Shown here piece by piece: positions 63,790-64,000 of a DNA stretch of 64,000 bases. Position 1 is the first letter of the stretch. Each line of letters begins with the position of its first letter. The position numbers and the translations under genes were made by a program. Where the stretch lies: the NCBI GenBank assembly GCA_965261395.1, contig OZ253462.1, positions 5,600,001 to 5,664,000 on the forward strand. The letters run 5' to 3'. The notes beneath the pieces were generated by a model that was not told the DNA's origin, ran no database searches, and saw only the letters and a list, made by a program, of their open reading frames with translations. This DNA comes from Candidatus Latescibacterota bacterium (GTDB taxonomy: Bacteria; Latescibacterota; UBA2968; UBA8231).

Positions 63790-64000
63790 TTAAGCGCCGC
63801 GTTGGCGAGCCAATGCGACGATGCAGTCAACTTGGTCTGCCAAAGTCATGCAAGTCGTGTTGATCTCGACGATCTCGGCCGCGGCGCTCGTACCTCCGTA
63901 GTCGCGCTCGGCGTCTTCCCGATCTCGAGTTTGGATGTCGGCTTGGACTTGCTCTAGTGTGATGCATACTCCTTTGGCTGTCAATTCCCGATGCCGCCGC
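63790..64000 (-). CDS. cmk: Cytidylate kinase, C-terminal part (partial)
   Basis: RRHREL...IQTRDREDAER...INTT.MT..DQV; usual cmk-rpsA order. Confidence 0.75.
   Translation of the reverse strand, partial: RRHRELTAKGVCITLEQVQADIQTRDREDAERDYGGTSAAAEIVEINTTCMTLADQVDCIVALARQRGA

Overview
A GC-rich bacterial chromosome window. By inference it comes from an FCB-group organism such as Latescibacterota, possibly host- or sponge-associated; this rests on T9SS-like genes, a PhyH-HEAT fusion, an ASPIC/UnbV protein and many TA modules. The housekeeping backbone is rpmB, a polyprenyl synthase, apbE, secDF, yggS/yggT, ileS, a dksA-like gene, lspA, rluD, priA, rodZ, maf, dtd, an lptD-like gene, rlmB, mutS, rpsA and cmk (partial), plus an RND efflux operon. 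Four accessory elements stand out. (1) A minus-strand porU-porV-M6/FG-GAP-(peptidase/PD40/beta-barrel) cluster resembles the T9SS surface-attachment complex. Its C25 'sortase' has Ser at the catalytic Cys position, its M6 peptidase has lost HExxH, and a ~130-140 bp promoter/RBS/signal-peptide block is duplicated within it. A porZ-like gene lies about 33 kb beyond the cluster. (2) A decayed, lower-GC defence-like island (about 29.0-32.8 kb) is headed by a translationally coupled acyl-carrier-protein-like gene, a CapH-like HTH and a CapP-like peptidase, with a palindrome over the -10 box. It is broken by an IS5-family element and followed by a frameshifted KAP NTPase. (3) A FitAB/VapBC cassette is flanked by a 146-bp duplication of the neighbouring gene's 3' end. 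(4) A TA/ATPase/TPR island sits between mutS and rlmB. I saw no tRNA, rRNA or CRISPR array. Family assignments come from motif recognition by eye, not database searches.
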